64,000 bases of DNA, taken from NCBI RefSeq assembly GCF_036321535.1, contig NC_087437.1, positions 52,206,001 through 52,270,000 of the forward strand, written 5' to 3'. Positions within the stretch are counted from its first letter, which is position 1. Every line of letters starts with the position of its first letter. The DNA comes from Camelus dromedarius. Its lineage: Eukaryota. The notes under the pieces are model-generated. The model saw only the letters and a list, made by a program, of their open reading frames with translations. It had not been told where the DNA came from and did not search any database. The translations under genes and the position numbers were made by a program. Below are positions 12,401-24,849 of the stretch, one piece after another.

Positions 12401-15385
12401 CACATGAAATGATTATCTATGTAGAAAATCCCAAGGAAAGTTATTTTTTTTTAAACTCTTGAAATAAGTGAGTTCATCTAAGTAAGGTCACAGAATGCAA
12501 GATAAACACATGAAAATCAATTATATTTCTCTATGCTAACAATGAACACAGGACACCAAGATTAAAAATTCAATCCATTTGCAATTTAAAAAATGTAAAT
12601 ACTTACGTGTAACTCAAACAAAACATGTAAGGAATTATATGCTAAAAACTACACAATGTTGACGAAAGAAATCAAAGATCTAAAGAAATAGAGAGAGATG
12701 CCATGTTCATGGAACAGAAGATTCAACACAGTAAAGATTCTAACTCTCCCAAAATTGATTTACAACTCTACCACAATTCCTATCAAAATCCCACCGAGAT
12801 TTTTGTAGATGTAGACAAGATTATTCTACAATTCATATGGAAAGGCCAAGGAACTAGAATAGCTAAAACAATTTTTAAAAGAAGAGTAAAGCGGGAAGAA
12901 TCAGTTTATCTAATTTAAAGACACATTATTTGGCATAACAATCAACACTGTGGACTAGCAGAGGAACCAACACATAGATCAATGGAACAGAATGGAGAGT
13001 CTGGAAACAGACCAACACAATACGGGTTTTGACAAAAGTGCAAAAAGCAGTTCAACAGAAGAAAGATAGCTTTTCAACAAATTCTGCTGAAGCAACTTGA
13101 ACATCTATAGGCAAAAAAAATCAATAAACCTTGATCTAAAATAGACACCTTATACAAAACCTCAAAATAGATCACAGACTTTTATTTAAAACTTAAAACT
13201 ACAACACTCTTAAGAAAAATATACAGGAATATCTTCTGGATCTCAAATTAGGCAACGAGTTCTTAAAGGAATCAAAAAGATCATCCATAAGAGGAAAATT
13301 CCTAAGTTTAACTTCATCAAAATTTTAAAATTCTGATCTGCAAACTTTCACTGCAGCATTATTTACAATAATAGCCAAGACACTGAAAAAACATAAGTGC
13401 CCACCAACACATGAATGAATAATATAGTAAATATATATTCAGCCATTAAAAAGAATGAAATCTTGCCATTTGAGACAACATGAATGGACCTTGAGGGTGT
13501 TATACTAAGTGAAATAAGTCAGACAGAAAAAGACAAATACCATATATTCCCACTTGTATGTGAAATCAAAACAAACAAAAACTGAACTCAAAGGTACAGG
13601 GAACAGATTGGTGGCTGCAAGAGGCAGAGGATGAGGGAATGGGCAAAATGGGTAAAGGTGGTCAAAAGGGCCAAATTTCCAGTTATAAGATAAATAAGTC
13701 ATGGGGATATAATGAGAGTAAAGTTAATAATACTTATTATATACTTGAAAGCTGTAATGAGAGTAGATCTTAAAAGTTCTTATCACAAGAAAAAGAACTG
13801 GAACTATGTTTGGTGATAGATGTTAACTAGACTTACTGCAATGATCATTTCACAGTATATACAAATATTTAATCACTATGTTGTACAGCTGAAATGAATA
13901 TGTCAATTACACCTCAAAAAAAATTAGTAAAGTAATAAAAACTTTGTAGTACATCCAGCAACGGACTGTTACTCAGCACTAAAAGGAAATGAGCTATCAA
14001 GCCATGAAAAGACATGGAGAAACCTGAAACACATATTACTGAGTGAAAGAAGGCAGTCTGAAAAGGCTACATACTGCATGATTCCAAAGGCTACATACTA
14101 CATTCTGGAAAAGATAAAACTATGGAGACAATAAAAAGATCAGTGGTTTCCCAAGGGATGGGTCAGATGAACAAGAAGAGCACAGAGGATCATTAGGGCA
14201 GTGAGAAAACTTGGTATGAAATTATAATGATGCACATATGTCATTACACATTTGTCCACATCCACAGAATGTACAACACCAAAAATGAACCCCTAAGGTA
14301 AACTATGAATTTTAGATGATTATGCTGTGTCAATGCAGGTTCATCCTGGGTAGAAAAATGTACAGTTCTGATAAATGATGTTGATAATGGCAGAGGATAT
14401 GTACATGTGGGGGCAAAATACATGGGCAATCTCTGTATCTCCCTCTCGATTTTGCTGTAAACCTAAAATGACTCTGAGAAAATAAAGTCTTAGAAAAAAG
14501 GGATAAAAGACATTTCATCAAAGGGGATATACAAATGGCAAATAAGCACACAAATGTCAGACATTAGGTAAATGCAAATTAAAATCAAAATAAATTATCA
14601 GTATACATCTATCAGAATGACTAAAATTAAAATAACAACACCCCAGTAATGACAGGAATGTGGCAAAGAAACAGAATCACTCATACATTGCTGGCAGGAA
14701 TGTAAAATGGTACAGTAACCACGGAAGAGAGTTTGGCAGTTTCTTTTAAAAACTAACTGTGCGACTAACACATGACGCAGCAACTGCACTTCTGGGCATT
14801 TATCCCAAAGAAATGTAGGCTTTTGTTCACACAGAAAACCATACACAAACGTTTACAGCAGGCTTATTTATAATAACTAAAAACTGGAAACAACCCAGAT
14901 GTCCTTCAATGGGCGAACAGATCAACTGTGTCACGTGTATACCATGGAACACTACTCAGCAATAAAAAGGAATGAGCTATTGATACACACAACAACCTGG
15001 ATTAATCTCCAGAGAGTTACGCTGAGTGAAAAAAGCCAATCCCCAAAGGTTACATATTGTATGATCCATTTACATAACATCTAGAAACGAGAAAATCACA
15101 GAAATAGAGTACAGATTAGTGATTGCCAGGGATTAATGAGGGGTTGGGGCCAGAGGGAAAGTGAGTGTAGCTATAAAAGGGCAACATGAGGTATCCTTGC
15201 AATGATGCAAATGTTCCTGAATTTCTCTGTATCAATGTCAGTTCCCTGGCTGTGATATCATACTACAGTTCTGCATGATGCTACCACTGGGAAACTGGGC
15301 GCAGAACACGTGAGATCTCTGCATTATCTCTCACAACTGCATGTGAATCTACAAATTATCTCAATATAAAAAGTTTAATTTAAAA
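9465..15385 (+). mobile_element. Long degenerate L1 (L1MD-like): ORF1 3' part, ORF2 and 3' UTR, with nested L1MA9-like (about 13345-13923) and L1MC1-like (about 13935-14495) 3' ends
   Basis: ORF1-like ATAATGGCTGAAAATTTCCC. ORF2 start near 10361. Broken ORF2 peptides in the ORF track (GDINTPLS; YRSTLLINIDIKILDKLL; VDKIILQFIWKGQGTRIAK). Three successive L1 3' ends. Confidence 0.85.
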
Positions 15386-16645
15386 AGGGTGAAAAAATAT
15401 ACCAGAAATTGATTCGAATCAGAAATAAATGAACCTAACTGACAACATACCCACACAGAAAAAAAAAGTAATGCAAGAAGCCAGGATATATTCTAAAAAT
15501 CAAAACAAGTAAAGAATCCTGAACTTCAGCCATCAATTTCTTCTTGTTAGTGGTACTAATATAATAATTGCTAAACTATCCTGTGTGTAGCTGAGGATAG
15601 AAGAAATGAGTAAATATTATGATATACTGGAAACCAGGGCTTTGACTCACAGAGAAGGGAGGTACAAATATGGAATGGGGAAAGGTGAACGACACGCGGA
15701 CGGACACGGATGGACAGATGGAGACACACACACACATACACATACAACCTAGATCTGTCCACTGAAAGTAACATGCAGTAACATCCCAGTAAAAATAAGC
15801 ACACTAAAAGCCCAGATAATGATTTCCATATCATTCTTCACTAAAAGGAACCTAGGCTACTTGGGAAAATAACTGATTCCTGTTCTGGGGTGAGGAAATT
15901 ACTAGGTAAGCCTAGAACAGCCTGTTGTTCAGAAAAGCAGTGCAGTGCTCAAAAAATGGTAGTGACATAACAAAAGGTCACAGGAGCCAGTTTGAAGGGG
16001 CTCTCGTTGGCCAAATTAAAGATAATTTGGGCATCCAAAAAATGATACTTGATTTTAACAAATTAAAAAGAATCAAGTTGTCTGGTAACACCTAAAAAAT
16101 AAGGATATAGACAAGACAAACCCATCTTTAATAAGAATGCCACCAAATGGTTGGAATGGCAGAAAATCACCATTTTGCAACTACCAATGAATAAGTGATT
16201 CACACAAGAAACTTCAGTAAATACTAAAATCATTGGGTTAAAGTTTGCTGGGGAATAGGATGTTCACTCAGTGTCATAATATCACTCCACAGATTATTCT
16301 TAAAAAGTGATAAAAATAATTTTAAAAGATAAATAACGAAGGGGAAACAATATTTTTATAATGGACAGACTTGGCAGTTATCACCTGAGCACTAGCACCA
16401 GTGGAACAAACTGACCTATCTCCTCATCACGAGGCTATAAGTAGGATATAATATCACCTAGGTAATAACTAGACAAAAATATTTAACCTAAATCTAATTA
16501 GGCAAATTCAAAATATGGGGGATGCCAGAGGCAGTTAAGCCGGACTCTTGAAAAATTTCAGTATCATCTAAAAAAAGTGTGATTATTCTAGAATGATTAA
16601 AGGAGACTAAACTGATACAATAATGAAATGTGATGTATGAATCTT

Positions 16646-16801
16646 TTTTCCTACTCATTTATTTCACTTGTTAAACCACTTCACTGAGGTATGATCAACA
16701 AAGAAAAAAGCTGTACAGATTTAATGTATTAAATGTGATAAGTTTGGAGATATGTATACACCCGTGAAACTATCACCACCATCTGTGACATTAAAATATC
16801 C
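16646..16801 (-). mobile_element. Short antisense L1 3' end nested in the L1MC element
   Basis: 18-bp TSD ATGTGATGTRTGAATCTT at 16628-16645 and 16802-16819 (17/18 identical). Confidence 0.8.
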
Positions 16802-17034
16802 ATGTGATGTGTGAATCTTGATTGGATCCTGAATTGAAAAAAAAGTCAACTCAAAAAGTCTTTTGACAATCAAGGAAACTGTACATTATATGGCACTGCT
16901 GAATAAGTGCTATTATCTTAGGCGTGATTAGTATTACGGTTATATAGGAAAATGTCCTCATTCTCGAGAGGTATGCTGAAATATTTGGGTGAAATGTCAT
17001 CATGCATTTTTAAATGGTTTAGGAAAAAAGTACA

Positions 17035-17045
17035 TGTGTGTGTGC

Positions 17046-17077
<32 letters not shown>
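17035..17077. repeat. (TG)n microsatellite, interrupted
   Basis: Seen directly. Confidence 0.95.
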
Positions 17078-17080
<3 letters not shown>

Positions 17081-18019
17081 CAGAAAGATAAAGCAAATGA
17101 GCCTAACAGAATATTCCACAATTATACCAAATTATTACACTCTTAGTGTTTTTATTCCACTAAAGGTCTGTTAAAATGAGATACAGAGGAAGAAACACAT
17201 TCTATATTACACCAAGAATCTAGTTTTAAATGGACAAATAAGCAGCAGGGAGGGAAAAGACTCTGTCCTGAACAGACTGCTTCAGGGCATTGTGCAGGCA
17301 CAGCCAGAGGGATCTATTATACATTGTTGGTGCTCTAGATATTGCACATTCTGGGCAGCGGGCTTATAGAATATTGATAAATATCTGGATATTCAATAAC
17401 AAACTAACAATAAGAACAGGAGAAACACAAACCAAAAATCCTGTGAAGCTGAGAAAAGTAATTTGCAAAAACTACAATTCAGTCTACTTTGTCTGCCATT
17501 CCAGCAGCCAGGACTTCCCTACTAACTAGCACTGTTTCCATTTTTCTAAGCAAAATCAGTATTCCAAATGATATCTAAATATCACTACAGAATCATGACA
17601 AGACTTTTGGATAATTAAAGCTAAATATGTGCACTTTCACATTAACAATTTTATAATAGCCTGATCCTCTGAAATCCATGTTTGACATAATATGACAGTT
17701 ATCTATTAATTGGTATATCTGATTAACCAGAACTATCCATTGCTTAATAATAGTGGAAAATAGGATGCAGTAGGGGAGTGGGAAGAATACAAGATTCCAT
17801 GACAAAAAGTAGATAATCATCACAAAGTTATTATTATAAAACAGACCCTTCGACAATGAGGGCAACTGAAAAACTCAACAATTTCTAAATGTCATGATAC
17901 TAAAAATGAGTATCTTTATCATCTTCGTTGTATTTAATTGAACAAATGAGTATAGTTACAAAGTGAATTCCAGAATAATCAGGACATTCGCAGAAGGGGA
18001 AACAGTTGGAGTTGGGGAT

Positions 18020-20520
18020 TGTGACAATCATCACACTATGGGGCCAGTTAAAAATGATGAAACTGAAAGACAGAAATTAAGTAACTTCCCCAAAACCACA
18101 TTAGTAGTGGGCAGAGCCAGGATTCAAACACGAAGTCCAATTCCAGAGCCTGCCCTCAGGGATGACGACACTACCCAGTACTTCCACTGTTTGTTCTGAG
18201 GAGGGCTTGATGCTGAACACCTGCAATAAGTACTTTGCTTATGTCATTTAATCTTCCCAACAATCCTGTGAAGTAGGATTTTTATTCCTATTTTTCAGAA
18301 GAGAACACTGAAGCTGAGAGAGCCTGAGTAACCTGTCCAAAGTCACACGGCCAGTGAACAGAAGAACCAGGACTCAGCCCAGGTGGGTCTGACTCCACAG
18401 CCCTTGTCCTTCCTACGACTACACTCTGCCTTCCACATTGGATGTACAAACCAATCCTTATTTTTCAAGAAAACACATTTTCTACTAGACAACTTTTAGT
18501 TGTTAAACATATGTTCCTGTATTTGTTTGTAATTAATAGCTCTTAACTTCTCTGAAAATATTCTCTCTTGTAAATTAATGAGATTCCACAATGTGTGAGA
18601 ACAAACTTAAATAAAGTGAGGGTGTTGTAATGTGGGAAATTATCATAGCAAGGCCCTCAAAAGCTGTTTGGTTCAAAACCCTAAGTTCAACAGGCTCAGA
18701 AGCCAGTAATAAATAATGCTATGTAAACTAACTGAAAGAGGGAATGCATCAGTTAGGGATCAGGTGAGGATACAACATGACTGAAGCTGTGTATTATACA
18801 AAGATGTTATTAAATGTTTTTTAAAAGCATAGTTTTACAGAGTTTGCAACCACTCAAAAAAATTCATATTGTATATAACTGCCCTTTCCTTAAAATCTGA
18901 AAGCATTCCCATTTTACTTATTTATTTAAATCCTCCTTGTTCCAAAAAGAATTTAAAATAACTAAAATCATCTTCACTGTACCCTGAGCGGAACCAAGAA
19001 ACCCAGAGCCCTGGTTGCCAGCCAAGTTGGTGAGATTCTGATGAATATGGATCACACGTGGCCAGGGCTACTAAGAGTGACCTCCGGCAAGTTTCCTAAC
19101 ATGAAAAATGAGGGTAATAGTAGTACCTACCTCACAAGGTTGTGGTGAGGTGTGAATGACCTAACATATGCAGAAAGACTACAACCGTGCCTGCATATAA
19201 GCAACAGGTGTGTTATCTGTTACCCTGAAGTTGATGTGTGTCCATGATTGAAGCACCACTTGGATGGAAAACACCTATCAGCTTTCTCTACCTCTGGAAA
19301 AGCTGTGAGGAAACTCACTCAGAACTTGATTTCACCTTTGCACTCTTAACACCTGTATCCTCTTCCTTCAACGACCAGACGCGGTAAGAACCCTCATGCT
19401 TCAAAAAAGCTTCAGCTGACTCCTCCATCTAACCAAACTACGACTGCTGTTTTTGCTAGTTTTCACTGTCATATATCTTAAATGTATTTTCTATGGCTAC
19501 TGCTATTGATATGACTGAGGTGTCCCTTAGGAAAACCAGCTGGCATTACCCTGGGGGAAGTCAGAACTTGATTTTCGGGGTTATGTAGAAGCAGGAAAAT
19601 AGAACAAATAGAATAATGCAAAAACCACAATGCAAATACACTAACTAGTATAGGTCTTGACAGTTATATCCTCTAATCAACTCCTTTCCCTATAGGAAAT
19701 CTATAAATAGGAAGCCAAATCATAACCAAACATTTGCTGGGATAGTCCAGTCACAGGGATCAGACGTTTAAGCCTCTAGGCAATATACCACCTTCTCTCA
19801 ACAGTCCTGAAAAAAACACGTCCATATTCTGCCTTTCCAACTCCCGTTTTTCTCTAACTCCATGCCACCCATCCACCTTCTGCTGTAACAGTCTTTCCTT
19901 AGATATGTTAGTATTATCTATTAGATTACATCAAGTCCCACTCTTCCTGCTTTTAACCTGAAAGAGACATCTTTTAAGATGTCTTCTGCAGAAAACTGAA
20001 CTATTACATGATTTTATTAAGCCAATAAAGCTGAGTTCTGTTGGTGTTACCTACATCATACAATGCACACTCTCCACCCTCAACCACCTCTGACATTTCT
20101 AATCACTTTCTCTTTGATAACTCTTAACTTGGAATACATCCCGCGACCTCTTTACAGTCCCCATTCTTCTGCATTTCACTAGGGCAATTGATAACAATTG
20201 GCTACCTATTTCTTAAAAATTTTCCCCATCACTGGCTTTACCAGGTCCAAAAAAAACAAAACTCTTGATTTTTGCTCATTAACTTTAAATTGCTCTATAG
20301 TACCTATGGTGGTTAAGAGTCCAGGTCCTAGAATCAGGACAGACCTGGATCCAAATCCAGGCTCTACTCATTACTAATCATGTGCCCACGGAAAAGTTAC
20401 TCAACTTCTTTAAGACTTTTTCCTGACTACAGAATGGACATAATGATGTAACTGGCTACTAAGTGCATAGCATAATAAGCTTACTCTGGCACAAAGTAAT
20501 CACTCAATAAATATTGACTA
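18020..20520. mobile_element. Scattered MIR copies (about 18020-18170 -, 18230-18430 -, 19060-19220 +, 20300-20520 +)
   Basis: MIR core motifs such as GAAACTGAAAGACAGAAATTAAGTAACTTCCCCAA and AAAATGAGGGTAATAGTAGTACCTACCTCACAAGGTTGT. Confidence 0.7.
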
Positions 20521-20539
20521 TTATCTCTGTGTCCTAATT

Positions 20540-21300
20540 CTCAGCTCCTGGCATTCTATTCTTCTCTTTCTACCTTGAAGAATTCATTGTCTCAAATAGC
20601 TTTGACTAATGCTGCAATTAAGTATATTCCTGAAGTCACTGCAGGACTAAATCTTTCACCCTCTTCTTCAGTAATAAAGAAAATCACTATTGCTAGATTT
20701 CACCAATATCTAAGAAACAACCTGCTAAATACTGATTTCATCTTCATACTTTCTTAAAACACTCATTTCCCTTGGCCTCTGCAATACCATACTTTCCAGA
20801 TTTTTCTTCTCTGTACATTTCTTCTTAGACTCTACCGCCAGCTCATCCTCCTGTAACCAGACTGTAAATGTTAGCATTCTAAAGGGAAAGCCTAATGGTC
20901 TTCTCCATTTCTCACACTATAGTTTCTCCCTTGGCAATCTCATGCTTTATCATGGCTACAACTGCAATCTAAAAGTAAGAAATGACTTCTTTATTGTCCC
21001 TAATGTAGCCTTCTCCAAGTTCTAGATCCCCTATATCCAACTGCCTACTGACATCACCATGCAATGACAAGGCAGTTTATACTCAACAGATTCAAAACTA
21101 GATTCATGGTCTTTGTGGATTCATCATCCATGATCAACCGAACCTAGTTCTTCTCCAGTATTTTGTTGTTGTTAGTGAAAGAATGGCATCACCATCCACC
21201 CAGGCTTCATAAGGCAGAATTCTACAAGTTATCCTTTATAACCTTCCTCTTCCTCCCCTCCAAATCTAATCTATTCCAATTTCCATTATATGGATATTGC
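20540..21300 (+). mobile_element. L2 ORF fragments
   Basis: Pyrimidine-rich L2-like sequence (CTCCCTTGGCAATCTCAT...TATATCCAACTGCCTACTGACATCACC). Confidence 0.6.
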
Positions 21301-22329
21301 TGCATGAATTTCAACCTATTTTTTACACTAATACCAAAATAATCTCCCTTGCTGATTTCATTTCCTTATTACCCATGTTTTCACTACAATGTCAAAGTCT
21401 CTATCGACTGAAACTTCCCCACCTTTCCTGCTCATCCCTCCCTAACATCTCAACAACCAAATTGCTTGCTCCTTCTAAATATCCTATTTCAGCCACAAAA
21501 AAATCTACTTTACACTATCTGCATACAATTTATTCTTTCCCATTCCTCTTCCCTAGCCAAGCCATGTCTTTTTTACTCTCAAAAGTCCTCCTGAAATCCT
21601 TTATTCATTAATTCAACCCAATATCACTCCTTATTAGGAAAAAAAATTAAGTCACAGATTCATGGTCATAGTTTATTCAGCCCAATAATCTATCTTTGAC
21701 AAAGACACCAACAGAACATATATAGTTTTCCTCCCATAGTCCTCAAAATCAGTTATTACCTAAATATACTAATTATTTCCTTTACATCAAGCACTGCATC
21801 TGCCAATATACACATATATTACATGTCTTTTATGAACAGGTATCTATTTGCAGCCTTTACTACTTTATAAGGTTATAAATTTCACAAGTTTAACATCAAC
21901 CATATAAAGTTGAACTTCTTTTATTTGTTCTGAATGTCCTCTCTCAAGCATCTGAAGATAGTCCTCCTATTTTAGCATTTTGATTTGGTGAACAAGCTGA
22001 TAGTTTTTTCACCCATATCATTTGTGATTTTAAAGGAATACAAAAATAAATACAGCATTAATTACGCCCTTACACTCTGCTTACGGGGCATGACCCAGCT
22101 GTATTCGTATTTGTATTCCTAATCTCCATAATAATGTCTCATAAAGAGAAGTGCTCAAAACACGTTCAACAAAATTAAAGGAATTCTACTTAGGACTGAC
22201 ATGTTCATGAATACTCCAGAAGTAGAATTTCTCAAATATGTTAACTCTGCCTCTGTTCAAGAAAAATGATATTTGGGCTTAAAAAAGTAAAAAGAATTGA
22301 TGTGAAGTATAGGTGAGAGGCTGTAATAG

Positions 22330-23720
22330 AGCACCTTGCTGCTCTAAGTGAACTGAAGCGCCACTTGGATGTGGTCACTGAACCACTACCAGCTGAGGAA
22401 GCATGGAGACCAGAGGGCTGCCAAAGACTGGAAAAAAGAAAATAAATGTAGGTCTGATTTTTAAAAAAAGAATGAAAGAAAGAACTGCCAACAACAATCC
22501 AGTATACTCAATGCCAATCCTTTTCTACATTCAGATTATTTATTTGAAAAGCAGCTTCTATCACTTAGAAAAGAAAGCAGTAAGCATTTGTGGAACCAAC
22601 CTGAGTTATACCAGACTAATCTATTTTCTTTCTTTTTAAAGAGAGTATGTTTATAGATAGATCACACATCAAAAAGATGTAAAAATAGTATGTTAGCAGA
22701 ATTTCAACAAAATATTCAACCAGGTTCTACTATACTTGTATGTATAAGATAAACATAAGATGGATAACAGTACAGTTAGGTGGTGAGATAAATATTTAAT
22801 GACCATAACAATAAATGCTCATTAATGAATTGCTATCAACCTGCAGAGCAGTTTAGGACTCGATCTGTGGCCTTCTCCTGTTTCCAATTTTATCAATAGG
22901 GAAATAGGAAAATAGATCTAAGGGATCAATCAGTCCCCATGTCCAAATATTTAACTGTGAGATGGGCAAGCACTGTAACCTATGCCACATATGTAAAACA
23001 AACACACAAACAAAAAAGAGGCTTAATGGCTTTAGTTGACAGCACGCTTAGTTCAATCTGTCAGCAACAAGCTCAATATAATGTGGAAATCAGAAAAACT
23101 AATGTGATGCTAGCTGCAGCAGTAGTTGTATATCATCATGGGAGACAGCAGTCCTCCTTAACTCTAGACAGATCAGACAACTCAGATATTATGCACCCTC
23201 CTAGGGGTCACCAACTTCAAAGGATCAAAACCATATTGGTACGTGTTCAGAAAAGAACCAGGAGGCTTAGGAGCCTGAATACCATAAAAGGAAAGGCAGA
23301 AGGAAATACAGATTTATAAATAGAACAAAACAATGTCTTGAGAGAAAAATGATGGCTACTTTCATTCAGTCATTCAATGAACATAAATTTCAAACCTACT
23401 TCAGGCCAGACATTGTGACAGTGCCTGAGAATACAGGAAGAAGATAATCTATGCCTGTGAGAAATTCAACTGTATATGTGAAGAGTTAAAACAGCCACGA
23501 TCTAAAAAAGGATTAGATCGTTCTATATGATTTCATAAGGTAGAAATAGGACCAGTGGAAAGAAGTTCTAAAGTCACTGATTTCAGCTCCATATAAGGAA
23601 GAGCATTTTAAGAGTCAAAGCTGTCTAATGAAGGAAGAAGCTGCCTGAGAAGACTGCAAAGTTCCCATCAGTAATGGTGTACTTAGAGGGGAGACTGCTG
23701 AAATAAGACAGGCACTGAAC
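22330..23720 (+). mobile_element. CR1/L3 LINE reverse-transcriptase and 3' remnant, interrupted by an antisense L2 end (about 23360-23480)
   Basis: NVGLIFKK...ANNNPV...HLEKKAV...TRLIYF and LMALVDSTL...RKTNVML...LVRVQKRTRRLRSL resemble CR1 ORF2 (ANVTPIFKKG..PGNYRPVS; DLGVLVDHKL..KKANAIL..LERVQRRATRM). CR1 3' end at about 23575-23720. Confidence 0.75.
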
Positions 23721-24849
23721 TGGATCATCGTTCCTCAACTTCTATGCTACAATTTTTTCTATACTTCCCCAGGCAATGGACTCTTACCAAATTCACCCTA
23801 CTTGTGTATTTCAGTATCACAGGTTTCCCATAGTTGTTCCTTCTAACTTTGTACTCTGTCCCCTACTGAAGCAATGCCATATAATCGGGAATGGATTTGA
23901 AAGCAATACGAATAATGAGATATAGAAAGAAACTGATCCATCAGCACACAGAATGCAAAAAATCAATACTGTCCGATGCGCCTTGTATTTGTAAAGAAAA
24001 TGTAAGAAGTCTCTATTCCTGAAGTCATAAATTCAATTTAAAATATCCTATTATGCTCAATTAATGTAAATAGGGATCTGTTAAGCACTGCATGTCTTGT
24101 TGGGAGCCATTTTTTGTAACCAACAAGGAAAAAATAATTTTAATTTAAGATCACTTTGAGAATTTGTGTCCTAAATAAGCACTCCAAAACCCTCTATTAT
24201 AAGGTTATGTGGAAACTAACTTTAGGATATATTTCTAAAAAGAAATAATTCATCAGATAGAGGAGGCCAAATACCATGAACTAACCAAATCGTGAAATTC
24301 TAATTAAATGGCTAAAGTTATATCCATTTTTTAAAAATCACAGGCAGGATAAACATAGAGAAAAGGTCTAGACCATTTAGTTCCATAAATTGGTTTAAAA
24401 TTATTTAAGCTTACCTTCGCTCATTTTATTTTGTAATTTTAAAAGTCTCATACATTGGTTCTATATGCTGCAGCTGGGTATTTAAGGAGTTCACCCTTCC
24501 AAACTGTTAAAATTAACTTCTTGGAAGGAGTCCCTCACACTTCAGCGCTTTCTCAATCTGGATACAAGAAATGGGCTACAATTCGATTTCCAAGGGCTCT
24601 TTCTTTTAAAGAGCAGCCCAGAAAGACCAAGTGAGAAAGAAAGAGGCGCAGCTTTTAACCACCAGCCCTGAAAAAAGGGCTTCCCCTCGGTTGTCGTCAA
24701 CTCTGACGGCTGTCTACCATTTCCCAACACACTGCCTGGTCGTTTCGGTTGAAAAAGAAAAAAGATACATTCCAGTTTTCCTGGGACGGTAGATCCCCTT
24801 TTGTAGAAGTGGCTAAAGCTAGGCTCCCCACGGATTTCAGCTCGTTGCC

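Larger units (their letters stand above)
15400..17110 (+). mobile_element. L1MC4/5-like 3' region
   Basis: Diverged L1MC-type 3' UTR (GAAATGAGTAAATATT...AAATATGGAATGGGG; GAAAATGTCCTCATTCTCGAGAGGTATGCTGAAATATTT). Confidence 0.6.

Noticed and set aside
14062..14099. 14-bp direct repeat AAAGGCTACATACT
   Set aside because: A local slippage duplication inside an L1 relic. No array structure.
22939..23319. 126-aa ORF as a novel gene
   Set aside because: Explained as degenerate CR1/L3 ORF2 sequence.
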